A stretch of DNA of 64,000 nucleotides from Nitrospirota bacterium (GTDB taxonomy: Bacteria; Nitrospirota; Nitrospiria; Nitrospirales; Nitrospiraceae): NCBI GenBank assembly GCA_963701855.1, contig CAVPBK010000006.1:512001-576000 (forward strand), written 5' to 3'. Shown here piece after piece: positions 8,288-17,741 of the stretch. How positions within the stretch are numbered: position 1 is the first letter of the stretch; every line of letters starts with the position of its first letter. The notes beneath the pieces are model-generated. The model was given only the letters and a program-made list of their open reading frames with translations, was not told where the DNA came from and searched no databases. Both the position numbers and the translations under genes were made by a program.

Positions 8288-8310
8288 GTCCGAGCCTCCT
8301 TCCGAATCGT

Positions 8311-9213
8311 TTACGCCTTGTTTGGAATTGCCGCGGCAGGAGCAGCCGCCTTCGGAAGATAGTCTTTGTAGCCATACCGTTCGGTCAGATACTGCTTGGC
8401 CTCATCGCTTACATATTCCGTAAACTGATACCGATCGTTTTCAACGGTCTTCGCATCTTCCATCACCTTGTCGGTCGGAATCGCATATTCGATGTTACAG
8501 GAGGTATAGGCTTGAATGTATGAGGATCCCACTTCACGGGCAATCAGCACAGCCTTCTTGATGACGCTCTCGACACGGCGTGGATTGTTCGGAACCACCG
8601 ACGCCACGTAGGCACACCCAGCCACTTTCGCCATCTGCAACATGTCCATCTTCTCGAACTTCTTCCCCAATGGGGCCATCTTTAAGACAGCGCCACGGTT
8701 GGTCATCCCGCTCTCCTGCCCACCCGTGTTGCCGTACACTTCATTGTCCAGCATGATCGTGGTGAACCGTTCCTTTCGGAACCAGGAGTGGAGCACTTGC
8801 TGGAAGCCGATATCCGCTGTTCCACCGTCTCCCGCCATAACCACCACATCCTTCGGTTTGTCACCGAACCGCAGCCGCAGCCCGCGAGACAGCCCGCTCG
8901 CGACACCGTTCTGATCGCCATAGTTTCCGTAGACAAATGGGATCGCGGCCTGCGAAATCGCTAATCGCCCACAACCTGCCGTTCCAACAGTGATCGTATC
9001 TTCCGGGTTGGGGAAAGCAATGATCGCCAACCGGATGAACAGAGTCATCGCGCAACCGGCGCACATAGGATGCTCTTCAAGAATTTCCTTGAAGCTTCCC
9101 ATTTGGGAAACGGAAATTTTCTTTCCAAACGGGCCATGCTCAACCATGTCTCGATATTCTTTGGGCATGTACTTCTCAAATCCACCGGAAAACTTTACAT
9201 AATCAAGACTCAT
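8311..9213 (-). CDS. forB: 2-oxoacid:ferredoxin oxidoreductase beta subunit (TPP-binding)
   Basis: CAGC, GTAGC and GDGG...DNEVYGNTGGQ TPP motif. Confidence 0.85.
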   Translation of the reverse strand: MSLDYVKFSGGFEKYMPKEYRDMVEHGPFGKKISVSQMGSFKEILEEHPMCAGCAMTLFIRLAIIAFPNPEDTITVGTAGCGRLAISQAAIPFVYGNYGDQNGVASGLSRGLRLRFGDKPKDVVVMAGDGGTADIGFQQVLHSWFRKERFTTIMLDNEVYGNTGGQESGMTNRGAVLKMAPLGKKFEKMDMLQMAKVAGCAYVASVVPNNPRRVESVIKKAVLIAREVGSSYIQAYTSCNIEYAIPTDKVMEDAKTVENDRYQFTEYVSDEAKQYLTERYGYKDYLPKAAAPAAAIPNKA

Positions 9214-9336
9214 CGGAACACCTCCCTCTATCGTGGCAACGGCAATTCATTGCCTATCGGAAAGATACTATTATATGCAACAAGCCCGCAGGAATTCAGG
9301 GCTAACGAACGGGACTAATCTGCTCACAGGTTGTAC

Positions 9337-9366
9337 ATGGTAGCAAAGCCTAAAAAAGACTGTCAA
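9337..9366 (-). promoter_or_regulatory. Putative sigma70 promoter for the oxidoreductase operon
   Basis: Minus strand TTGACA-N18-TACCAT with a TG extension. Confidence 0.45.
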
Positions 9367-9617
9367 TGAGAAACATCCATATATATCCTCAAACCGTACG
9401 CTACGCGTAGAATACTATAACTTCCTGATAATCAACGCAACTTCTCAGAAGGCCCACGATGCCAGAAAGAAGCCCTAGCACACCACACGCCTGTAGGCCA
9501 TTCGCCCTAACAACTTGCGGCTCACCATGTTTCCGCACCTCCGAACATGCAACTTACTTCATGACATTTGGAAAGAGAGATTGCCGATTCCAGAAAACCT
9601 GTCTAGACTAGACCCCT

Positions 9618-9866
9618 ATGTCAACACGCGTAATCATCCCTGGGGAAGACGAAGGCGCTCAGCACACCGGCGGAGTTCATAAGCGTCCCCCGATTCCCGA
9701 CAATTCGCTCAAAGCCGAGTGCCCGAAATTCATGAGCCACGGCCCTTGCGGAGGTGTGCGAAAAGGAGGCTTGTGCGAAGTGTACCCCGAAATGCCTTGT
9801 CCCTGGGTGACCCTCTACATTCAATTAGAAAAAATCGGTCAAGTAGAATGGATGAAACAAGTCTGA
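9618..9866 (+). CDS. Methylenetetrahydrofolate reductase C-terminal domain (MetV-like) small Cys-rich protein
   Basis: ECPKFMSHGPCGGVRKGGLCEVYPEMPCPW matches the CPK..NGPCGG...CEV....C.W signature of MTHFR_C/MetV. Confidence 0.8.
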   Translation: MSTRVIIPGEDEGAQHTGGVHKRPPIPDNSLKAECPKFMSHGPCGGVRKGGLCEVYPEMPCPWVTLYIQLEKIGQVEWMKQV

Positions 9867-9868
9867 GA

Positions 9869-9903
9869 AAACGTGAGGCGTGAAACGTGAAACGTGAAAC
9901 GAC
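9869..9903. repeat. Heptamer tandem repeat (AAACGTG)n
   Basis: AAACGTG AGGCGTG AAACGTG AAACGTG AAACGAC. Confidence 0.75.
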
Positions 9904-10303
9904 AGGGAGAAAATCGAAAACCACAAAACTCGGCTACAACGAGCGGCATGCAAAGAGCGGTATTACCACTCCATTGCCCGACATTGAAACATTCCCGAAC
10001 CAATATAAGGGCTACGAAATCACCATCGAAATTCCAGAATATACCGCCATCTGCCCAAAAACTAATTTACCGGACTTCGGGACCATCACCTTACACTACA
10101 TGCCAGACAAAGAATGCCTGGAGCTGAAGTCATTGAAGATGTATCTCCATGCATACAGAAATCTTGGCATCTTTTATGAGAACGCGGTCAACCGCATTCT
10201 GCACGATGTCGTGAAAACCTGCCGGCCTGTGTGGGCCAAGGTGACCGGCACTTTCGCCGCCCGTGGGGGGCTGCGAAGTATCATTGAGGCGAAGTACCCG
10301 TGA
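9887..10303 (+). CDS. queF: 7-cyano-7-deazaguanine (preQ0) reductase
   Basis: EYTAICPKTNLPDFG, ELKSLKMYL and RGG motifs. Start uncertain. Confidence 0.92.
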   Translation: MKRETTGRKSKTTKLGYNERHAKSGITTPLPDIETFPNQYKGYEITIEIPEYTAICPKTNLPDFGTITLHYMPDKECLELKSLKMYLHAYRNLGIFYENAVNRILHDVVKTCRPVWAKVTGTFAARGGLRSIIEAKYP

Positions 10304-10348
10304 GTCTCATCCGCCATTCCTGCTCCCAGGCTTGAGAGACTCCTGCTC

Positions 10349-11170
10349 ATGGCTACCTACGCAATCGGCGATGTGCAGGGATGCGATGACGCCCTGCAAC
10401 GCCTCGTCGAACAAATTCAATTTGACCCCGCATCCGACCGCCTCTGGTTCGTCGGCGATCTAGTGAACCGTGGTCCAGACTCGCTCAAGGTCCTCCGCTA
10501 TATCAAAAGTCTCGGGGCTTCAGCCGTCGTCGTTCTGGGCAACCACGACCTGTTCTTACTGGCTGTTGCCGAAAGCATCGCAACACCGCGCCCAGAAGAC
10601 ACTCTGCAAGCAATTCTTGCTGCACCAGATCGTGACGAGTTACTCGCATGGGTACGTCGGCAACCCCTCCTCTACCGTGAACACCCCTTCGCCCTTGTCC
10701 ATGCCGGCATACTGCCACAATGGTCGCTCGACGATGCTGAGGAACTGGCACATGAAGTCGAAACCGGATTACGGAGTCCCTACTACAAAGATGTACTCCG
10801 CGCGCTCTATCCCAGTAAACACCTGCAATGGTCTTCGAGCCTGACCGGCCTAACTCGACTGGCTACAATCATCAAAGTTCTTACGAGGCTCAGGGCTTGT
10901 TCGGCTGATGGCCTGATGGAGTCGTCGTACTCCGGGCCACCGAATCGTATTCCTGCCGGATTTCTTCCTTGGTTCCGAATCGAAAACTTCGGTCGGCGGG
11001 ACACGACCGTTATCTGCGGGCACTGGGCCTCGTTGGGACTCTACTGCGAAGATAATGTATTGGCCATCGACAGTGGTTGTGTGTGGGGTCGGCAGCTCAC
11101 AGCCATGCGATTGGAGGACCGAAAGGTATTTCAAGTATCCTGTCATACCGTTGGGTCTTGCGGTGACTGA
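10349..11170 (+). CDS. apaH: Symmetrical bis(5'-nucleosyl)-tetraphosphatase
   Basis: MATYAIGDVQGC, GDLVNRGPDS, LGNHD, GHWA and DSGCVWG motifs. Confidence 0.93.
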   Translation: MATYAIGDVQGCDDALQRLVEQIQFDPASDRLWFVGDLVNRGPDSLKVLRYIKSLGASAVVVLGNHDLFLLAVAESIATPRPEDTLQAILAAPDRDELLAWVRRQPLLYREHPFALVHAGILPQWSLDDAEELAHEVETGLRSPYYKDVLRALYPSKHLQWSSSLTGLTRLATIIKVLTRLRACSADGLMESSYSGPPNRIPAGFLPWFRIENFGRRDTTVICGHWASLGLYCEDNVLAIDSGCVWGRQLTAMRLEDRKVFQVSCHTVGSCGD

Positions 11171-11678
11171 GCCGGAACCGCCTGACCCCAACTGGCCCCG
11201 CTACTCCCTGCACCCATTCCCATCCTATCGTTTCGTGCCCAGCCAGACACCACATCCACGACGAAGCCCTCTTGGTCATTCTTACGGTCAACCAGAGCCG
11301 AACCCAATGCCATTCCCTACGGCCCAATGGCAGACTTCAGAGGAATATCTGTATGGGATAGACCTCTACAACTACGCCTACTGGTGGGAGTGCCACGAAA
11401 TCTTTGAAGGACTTTGGCATGCAGTTGGCCACGACACTGAACAAGGGAACTTCTTCCAAGCCCTCATCCAGTTCGCCGCCTCCAATCTCAAACGATTCAC
11501 AGGGAACCACCGGGCAGCGGGGAATCTGGTAACCAGCGGCATAGTTCGATTGCAAAAGATACCGGCGTTCTATATGGGGATCGACGTGGCCAGACTCACA
11601 GAAGGCTTTCGGCAGCATGTGGTTGGTTCGGACTTTCGTGCACCACTCATTCGCCTGTATGAGCGGGAACTGGTGTAG
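11163..11678 (+). CDS. DUF309-domain protein
   Basis: GIDLYN..YWWECHEIFEGLW and FFQALIQ motifs. GTG at 11163 overlaps the apaH end. Confidence 0.85.
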   Translation: MTEPEPPDPNWPRYSLHPFPSYRFVPSQTPHPRRSPLGHSYGQPEPNPMPFPTAQWQTSEEYLYGIDLYNYAYWWECHEIFEGLWHAVGHDTEQGNFFQALIQFAASNLKRFTGNHRAAGNLVTSGIVRLQKIPAFYMGIDVARLTEGFRQHVVGSDFRAPLIRLYERELV

Positions 11679-11692
11679 GCCTTCACTGCTGC

Positions 11693-11948
11693 CAGGCTAC
11701 TCAAAAGTGTCAGCCATCTCACCCTCTCATCCCGCGTGCGCCGAGATGCTCGCCTTGCCCATTGCAAGGCCGCAGGCGAGTGAGAACCGGAGGCGTACCC
11801 TCTGGGGCGCACGGTGCGACGAATAAGGAGCACCAAGTCTGTGCGCGCCGACGAGTTGGTGAAGAGGCCGGGTTCCCATTGAGGATTCTTTCGACCCAAG
11901 AACGAAGTTGGGGGCCTTTTTGAGCAGCCTGTTATTTTCAGTAGCCTG
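11693..11948. repeat. Family A element, long composite copy with a family B-like insert
   Basis: CAGGCTACTCAAAA...GCAAGGCCGCAG..GAGGCGTACCC [insert containing GAGCAC..GTGCGCG] ..GAACG..CCTTTTTGAGCAGCCTG..TTTTCAGTAGCCTG. Ends at the panB stop. Confidence 0.7.
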
Positions 11949-12737
11949 TTAGTGGTAGGACTCGGAATCGCTCGGAAACTTGCCCTGCTCGACTTCCTCT
12001 TTATAGCGGCGAAGCGCTTGCAACGCATCCGCCTTGAGGTGGGCGTACGGTTTCACAAACTTCGGCACGAACTCATCGAAAAGACCAAGGAGATCATAGA
12101 GCACAAGAACTTGGCCGTCGCAGTGGGGACCGGCCCCGATTCCAATGGTCGGAATAGTCAATTGTTCCGTGATGGTCTTGGCCAACTCGGTTGGGATTAC
12201 CTCAAGCACGATGGCGAAGGCGCCGGCTGCTTCGAGGGCCTTGGCATCATTCAGCAAAACCTGCGCTTGATCCGATTCCTTTCCCTGCACTTTGTAGCCG
12301 CCGTACCGGTGAACGGATTGGGGCGTCATACCGAGATGCCCCATCACCGGGATGCCTATCCTAGTCATCGCAGCCACACGATCGGCCACCACCGCGCCGC
12401 CTTCCAGCTTGATGGCTTGAGCCCCGGCCTGTAGAAACCGGCCGGCATTACGCAGAGCATCTTCGCTGCCGGCTTGATAGGACATGAACGGCATATCACC
12501 GATGACGAGCGCTCGTTGAGCCACCCCGGCCACAAGCTTCGTGTGATAGAGCATGTCGTCCATCGTGACCGACAAGGTATTCGCTTTGCCTTGTACGACC
12601 ACACCAAGCGAATCGCCGACTAAGATGGTCTCGATACCGGCCTGTTCGACTATGCGTGTAAACAACGCATCATACGCCGTAACGACGATGAGCTTCTTCT
12701 TGTCGAGCTTGTGCCGCTGAAATTCGGGGATCGTCAT
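11949..12737 (-). CDS. panB: 3-methyl-2-oxobutanoate hydroxymethyltransferase
   Basis: TAYDA, ILVGDSLG, KLEGG and GIGAGPHCDGQVLV motifs. ATG at 12737. Confidence 0.95.
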   Translation of the reverse strand: MTIPEFQRHKLDKKKLIVVTAYDALFTRIVEQAGIETILVGDSLGVVVQGKANTLSVTMDDMLYHTKLVAGVAQRALVIGDMPFMSYQAGSEDALRNAGRFLQAGAQAIKLEGGAVVADRVAAMTRIGIPVMGHLGMTPQSVHRYGGYKVQGKESDQAQVLLNDAKALEAAGAFAIVLEVIPTELAKTITEQLTIPTIGIGAGPHCDGQVLVLYDLLGLFDEFVPKFVKPYAHLKADALQALRRYKEEVEQGKFPSDSESYH

Positions 12738-13627
12738 CAACCTACATCCGCTTTGGCGATAATGTCCGCCAGCCGGTGCGTGGCCTTGATGGCCATAATA
12801 TGGACTCCGTCGCAATACGGCCGCACCGCCTTGATCGTCCGCACCGCAATATCCACCCCCACGTCCTCCGCGCGATCGGGACCGGCCGCCCTGAGTTCGT
12901 CGATCATTTCCTGCGGAACCGACACGCCAGGAATATTGGCATTCATGAACTCCGCCATTTTGGCGTTCCGGAGGACGAGAATGCCCGCCAGCACCTTGGC
13001 TTTGAACGGGCGAACTGCTTTCATGAAGGACGCGAACTGTTCCGGATGGTAAATTGCCTGCGTCTGAAAAAACTGGGCGCCTGCTTTCACCTTGACTTCA
13101 ACCTTGGCGAGCATGGGCCCCAGTGGGTCGGCTTCCGGAGTCACTGCAGCCCCAATGGTAAACTGCGTTGCACCGTCCAACTTGTTCCCGGCAAGATCCC
13201 TCCCGTTATTGAGTCCTTGCACCAACTGCATCACTTGGACCGAGTCCAAATCATAAACCGGCTTGGCCTCTTTATGATCTCCGACAGTCGGATAGTCCCC
13301 GGTGAGACACAGGATATTGCGGATGCCGAGCATGGAAGCGCCCATAAGGTCCGACTGCATCGCAATACGATTCCGATCGCGGCAGGTCATCTGCATGACC
13401 GGATCATGACCGAGTTCGTAGAGAAGTCGGCAGACAGGGAGGGATCCAGCCCGCACCACGGCAGCCGTGTTGTCCGTCACGTTGACCCCGTGCACGCGCC
13501 CCACCAACTGCTTGGCATTCTCTAACACGCCAGAGATGTTGGTCCCTTTGGGAGGGTTGTACTCAATTGTGACAGCAAACTGTCCCTGATCAAGCACGTC
13601 CTTCAACCGCCGAGGTTCTCGATTCAT
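12737..13627 (-). CDS. metF: Methylenetetrahydrofolate reductase
   Basis: EYNPPKG, NVTDN, TCRDRNR, LCLTGD and GAQFFQTQ motifs. Confidence 0.92.
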   Translation of the reverse strand: MNREPRRLKDVLDQGQFAVTIEYNPPKGTNISGVLENAKQLVGRVHGVNVTDNTAAVVRAGSLPVCRLLYELGHDPVMQMTCRDRNRIAMQSDLMGASMLGIRNILCLTGDYPTVGDHKEAKPVYDLDSVQVMQLVQGLNNGRDLAGNKLDGATQFTIGAAVTPEADPLGPMLAKVEVKVKAGAQFFQTQAIYHPEQFASFMKAVRPFKAKVLAGILVLRNAKMAEFMNANIPGVSVPQEMIDELRAAGPDRAEDVGVDIAVRTIKAVRPYCDGVHIMAIKATHRLADIIAKADVG

Positions 13628-13666
13628 GGTTTCAATTTTACTCCTCCACTCCACTCACAGCTGTGG

Positions 13667-13752
13667 GGAGAATGGGGCGCTCCCCCCTGCGCGCATCGGA
13701 CGAGCACAGTTTTATCGTGCGCGTTCTGCGAGCAAGGGAACGCCCTTTCTTC
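13667..13752. repeat. Family B structured element, copy a
   Basis: Core CTGCGCGCATCGGACGAGCAC-N9-GTGCGCGTTCTGCGAGCAAG inside the stem GGAGAATGGGGCG/CGCCCTTTCTTCC. Abuts the folD stop. Confidence 0.75.
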
Positions 13753-14613
13753 CTACAGCATCCCCGCCTTGCGCTTCGCAGACTCCACCGTATTGTCCAG
13801 CAGCATCGCAATTGTCATCGGCCCGACACCTCCCGGCACAGGACTGATCCAGCCCGCTTTCTGACTGACCGGCTCAAAATCGACATCGCCACACAATTTA
13901 CCCTCTGGAGTTTTGTTCGTTCCCACATCAATGACGACTGCCCCTTCTCTCACCATGTCCACCGTGACAAACTTGGCTTTCCCAATCGCAACCAGCAACA
14001 ACTCAGCTTCGCGACAGACCGCTGGCAAATCCTTGGTCTTGGAGTGGCAAATCGTCACCGTGGCGTTGCGCTGGAGCAACATAAGCGCCAATGGCTTGCC
14101 GACGATGTTGCTCCGTCCCAGTACAACAGCACGCTTCCCTTCGATACTCACTCCGGTGGACTCAATCATCTTGATGACGCCCTTCGGCGTGCAGGCTTCA
14201 AACACCGGATGGCCCTCGACAAGCCGACCGAAATTGTATGGATGAAACCCGTCTGCATCCTTGTCGGGTGACACCGCTTCAAGCACGACTTTGCTGTCGA
14301 TATGCTTCGGGAGCGGCAACTGAACCAATATCCCGTGGATCTTGGGATCGGCGTTCTCCTTTTCAATCAAGGCCAACAACTCTGCTTGCGTCGTACTCGC
14401 CGGCAATTTGTGATCATCGATATAGATGCCCGCCGCATCACAGGCTTTCTGCTTGCTCTTCACATAGAGATGCGAGGCGGGATCATCGCCCACCAAAATC
14501 GTCGCCAGGCCGGGCTTCACCCCGGTCTTAGCCAAGACCTCCGCTGATTCAGCTGCCAAACGCTCACGTACTTGCAAAGCCAAGGCTTTGCCGTCGATCA
14601 ATTGTGCCGCCAC
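13753..14613 (-). CDS. folD: Bifunctional methylene-THF dehydrogenase/cyclohydrolase
   Basis: IDGK, GILVQLPLP, KDADGFHP, GRSNIVGKP and PVPGGVGPMT motifs. GTG at 14613 after a GGAGG RBS. Confidence 0.96.
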   Translation of the reverse strand: MAAQLIDGKALALQVRERLAAESAEVLAKTGVKPGLATILVGDDPASHLYVKSKQKACDAAGIYIDDHKLPASTTQAELLALIEKENADPKIHGILVQLPLPKHIDSKVVLEAVSPDKDADGFHPYNFGRLVEGHPVFEACTPKGVIKMIESTGVSIEGKRAVVLGRSNIVGKPLALMLLQRNATVTICHSKTKDLPAVCREAELLLVAIGKAKFVTVDMVREGAVVIDVGTNKTPEGKLCGDVDFEPVSQKAGWISPVPGGVGPMTIAMLLDNTVESAKRKAGML

Positions 14614-14839
14614 GGATTCCTCCTCCGTTGAAAGACTGCCAAAAACCACGGCACCATAGCAGGGCATTTTTGAGCAAGTCAACGACCCGCCTAAGCCGTA
14701 GGGCGTCAGGCATGAAACGCGAGTGGTGACGCGAGGAATGAAAGAATTGTGCGATCGATCACTGGCATACTTACCACACACGCCTTACACCCGTCGCCTT
14801 ACGTCCATTTCTTGACAGGCTCTTCGCCTGGCAGCTACG

Positions 14840-15910
14840 ATGCTTCAGTACCCACAATTAACAGCCGTCTATCTTGTGAGTAGAACCCCCTCCGTGATGT
14901 CCCTTCTGATACGTGTCATGCGCCATCCAGCGGCCTGGCTTATCGGGATCATGCCCCTTGTGTTCGCCGGCCCGCTCAACGCCCAAATCACCGTGACTGA
15001 GCTACAGTCTCCTTATAGTTTCATCAATGATCCTCTTGAGAAAAACTATTTCATCTCGAGCGTAAACGGCGAGGCGGAGACTGCAGACAACAACGGATTC
15101 ATCACCAAGCTCAATTCCAATGGGAAACTTCTCAATCTGAAGTTTATCCAAGGGGGGAAGGACGACGTCACCCTCCATGCCCCCAAAGGCATGGCCTTGG
15201 TTGAACACGTGCTCTATGTGGCGGATCTCGACACGCTGCGGGGCTTTGACACGACCACCGGTAAGCCGGTCATGGCTCTCACCATCCGATCGCCCGCTAC
15301 CTCACGGTCTGAGTCGCTACCGACCTCGTTGAGCGACGTAACTTTCGATGGCAAAGGACACCTCTATTGTTCCGACCAGAAAGCGAACACGATCTACCGA
15401 GTCGATCTGGCTACCCAGACGGTTTCCGTGCTCGTCACAGACCGCTCCCTCGCAGGCCCCTCTGGCCTTGCCGTCCATCCGAAATCTGGCCAGATCATCG
15501 CGGTCAGTTGGGAGAAGGGCAAGATTTCCGAAGTCTCTCCGGAGGGCGTGGTGACGGAACTCTTTTCCAACAGCTTCTTTTCCAACCGCTTTCAGAATCT
15601 CCGCGGAGTAGATTTCGACCGTTGGGGCAACATGTATGTGTCCGACTTCACAACGGGAAAAGTCTGGCGCATGAGCTGGGATAAGCGATTTCAAGTCATC
15701 GCCGAATTTTTGCCCTCGCCGGGAGATCTCAGCATCGACCGTGCGAATAACCTCATCCTTGTGCCCTATGAACTAGCGCATGCGGCAGAGATGAACGGGC
15801 TCGAAACCCCCAGCAGTGCGAAATCGAAACAAGAAAAACGGACGTTGGCAGACTATGGCTTCATCCCGCCTCCGCCGAAGCCGGCGGCGGAAGGACCGGT
15901 GAAAAAATGA
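14840..15910 (+). CDS. SMP-30/gluconolactonase-like secreted beta-propeller protein
   Basis: Signal-like N-terminus; DNNGFITKL, LHAPKGMAL, LYVAD and GNMYVSDF repeats. True start may be downstream (~14918). Confidence 0.75.
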   Translation: MLQYPQLTAVYLVSRTPSVMSLLIRVMRHPAAWLIGIMPLVFAGPLNAQITVTELQSPYSFINDPLEKNYFISSVNGEAETADNNGFITKLNSNGKLLNLKFIQGGKDDVTLHAPKGMALVEHVLYVADLDTLRGFDTTTGKPVMALTIRSPATSRSESLPTSLSDVTFDGKGHLYCSDQKANTIYRVDLATQTVSVLVTDRSLAGPSGLAVHPKSGQIIAVSWEKGKISEVSPEGVVTELFSNSFFSNRFQNLRGVDFDRWGNMYVSDFTTGKVWRMSWDKRFQVIAEFLPSPGDLSIDRANNLILVPYELAHAAEMNGLETPSSAKSKQEKRTLADYGFIPPPPKPAAEGPVKK

Positions 15911-16605
15911 GCCACTGCGCCTATTGTACGCAACGAAAAGGCAAGCGGCCTTGTCCCGCCTTGGCAGGGCTGATCTGCAGCCAATGTTGCGGCGAACACC
16001 GAATCGTGAGAGTGTCATGCCCGGCTGACTGCGTCTATCTCGAATCCGGAAGCGATTATCAGCAGAAACGGCTGGCGGTGCAATTCATGCCGATGCGCCG
16101 AGATTTCTATGGTGAACTGGCCGAGCTCGGCGACAAGAAGGCCGTGGCTCTATTCAATCTCGTTGAAGTGGTCATCTTCGGTTATTTTCAAGGACGCCGC
16201 GACGGGCAAGATGCGGAAGTCGTAGCGGCGTTACAGGCCTTGCGGCGAACACTCAGCCCCCTCCACGTGCCTGCCGCCCCGATGCCGGTCTTCGCGGAAC
16301 ATTTGAAGAAGGAGTACGACACGTTCAAGAAACAGAACCCGCAGGAAATAGCCGATACGTCTTCCGCACCGGAAATACTGGACCGTGCGATCGCCTTTGT
16401 CTCACGATTTTCCGGTACGGACTTCCAGTCACAACGGTTCCTCGGTGGTCTCATCGGCTATGTGCGAGCCTACCATCCGGAAATTGCGGAGTACCTGACC
16501 AAGCAACGTGAACCAGGGCACATTATCTTGCCAGGGCAGCAGTTCATGCCTCCCCCGGCGCCTAAGCCCCATATCCATGACCCAGGGTGCCAGCACCATC
16601 ACTGA
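15907..16605 (+). CDS. Hypothetical protein with Cys-rich N-terminus and His-rich tail
   Basis: CAYC..KGKRPCPAL..ICSQCCG...CPADCVYL at the N-terminus, HIHDPGCQHHH at the end. ATGA overlap with the upstream gene. Confidence 0.8.
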   Translation: MSHCAYCTQRKGKRPCPALAGLICSQCCGEHRIVRVSCPADCVYLESGSDYQQKRLAVQFMPMRRDFYGELAELGDKKAVALFNLVEVVIFGYFQGRRDGQDAEVVAALQALRRTLSPLHVPAAPMPVFAEHLKKEYDTFKKQNPQEIADTSSAPEILDRAIAFVSRFSGTDFQSQRFLGGLIGYVRAYHPEIAEYLTKQREPGHIILPGQQFMPPPAPKPHIHDPGCQHHH

Positions 16606-16641
16606 CTGGTAGCCACCACCGAGGACCGTAGATCGGACACC

Positions 16642-16965
16642 ATGAGTGCGGATAAAGAGCGAAAGATCAGAAAAGCACGCCGGGTGGAATTACGTTGTAC
16701 TCTGGGATTTTCTTCCGGCGAAGTCGAAGGCGATGCCACGATCACAAATATCTCGACGTCCGGCTGTCGAGCCGAGTCCGATGTCAATATGGCCGAAGGG
16801 CTCGATATTCAGGTCATTATTCAACTTCCCAGCCAATCGCCACCAGTGAAAATCGAACGAGCCTCAGTGCGTTGGGTCTCCGGCAACGCGTTCGGCCTTA
16901 ACTTCATCCTCTTTTTCCCATCTGAACGAGCCCGCCTCCGCACATTCATCGAACATATAAAATAA
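16642..16965 (+). CDS. PilZ-domain (c-di-GMP-binding) protein
   Basis: RKARR (RxxxR) and NISTSG (D/NxSxxG) motifs; VRWV...FGLNF. Confidence 0.88.
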   Translation: MSADKERKIRKARRVELRCTLGFSSGEVEGDATITNISTSGCRAESDVNMAEGLDIQVIIQLPSQSPPVKIERASVRWVSGNAFGLNFILFFPSERARLRTFIEHIK

Positions 16966-16995
16966 CCTTCTCTGTTTACCCTCCGTACTCCATAG

Positions 16996-17091
16996 GCACT
17001 GCGGTCTCACGGACTCCCACTGCGCACATCGAGTGAGCACATTCTTATTGTGCGCGCCCTGGGAGCATGGGGGTTCGCAAGACCGCAGTGC
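16996..17091. repeat. Family B structured element, copy b
   Basis: Core CTGCGCACATCGAGTGAGCAC-N9-GTGCGCGCCCTGGGAGCATG closed by GCACTGCGGTC/GACCGCAGTGC. Abuts the cyclophilin stop. Confidence 0.7.
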
Positions 17092-17699
17092 TATTCAACA
17101 ATCGTCACCGTTATCTCAATCCGATCGTTCGGTAAGTCGCGGTCGTTTTTCGGCAAGCCCACGATCCTATCGGCAATGCCGAGGCCTTGTGTCACCTCAC
17201 CGAACGCCGTGTACTTTCTATCGAGGAAGTAGGACGGCTCGACAACGATGAAAAACTGAGACCCCGCGGTGTCAGGTTCGCTCGCTCGCGCCATCGACAC
17301 AATGCCACGATTGTGAGGAATGTCGCTAAACTCCGCCTTGAGCAAGACAGGATTGCCTTTCTCATCCTTGGGTCCACCCTGCCCATAGGTGTCCTTGCGC
17401 AGCGAGCTCTTGGTATTAGGATCACCACCCTGGATCATAAAACCTGGGATAACCCGGTGGAAGATCGTTCCATCGTAAAAGCCGGACTTGGCCAGCTTGA
17501 TAAAATTTTCAACATGCTTCGGGGCTACATCCGGATAGAACTTGATATGGATGTTTCCAAACTTGGTTTTGATAATAGCTCTTGGGCCAGGGGATGAAGG
17601 AGAAGCAAGAGGAGCAACCGGTTTTATGTCGGTCTTCCCTCCACATCCAGTGAGAAGGCCGATCGCCAACAGCATTCCGCACAGCATCAGGTTTCTCAT
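17091..17699 (-). CDS. Cyclophilin-type peptidyl-prolyl isomerase, lipoprotein
   Basis: FYDGTIFHRVIPGFMIQGGDP, SMAR and GSQFFI motifs. Lipobox LLTGC after the ATG at 17699. Confidence 0.92.
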   Translation of the reverse strand: MRNLMLCGMLLAIGLLTGCGGKTDIKPVAPLASPSSPGPRAIIKTKFGNIHIKFYPDVAPKHVENFIKLAKSGFYDGTIFHRVIPGFMIQGGDPNTKSSLRKDTYGQGGPKDEKGNPVLLKAEFSDIPHNRGIVSMARASEPDTAGSQFFIVVEPSYFLDRKYTAFGEVTQGLGIADRIVGLPKNDRDLPNDRIEITVTIVE

Positions 17700-17741
17700 A
17701 GCAGCAGCGCCACGTATCATTGCCCACCAGCCTTGCATCAT

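Noticed and set aside
5043..9213. Five-subunit oxidoreductase as a novel system; delta subunit as a CO dehydrogenase
   Set aside because: This is the known rTCA-type enzyme architecture of Aquificae and Nitrospirae, and no CODH catalytic subunit is present.
9367..9886. preQ1 riboswitch upstream of queF
   Set aside because: No stem-loop plus A-rich tail consensus was seen, and the MetV-like gene lies directly upstream of queF.
14614..14839. THF or ZTP riboswitch upstream of folD
   Set aside because: A promoter-like TTGACT...TATGGT lies close to the start codon, leaving little leader, and no aptamer consensus was recognised.
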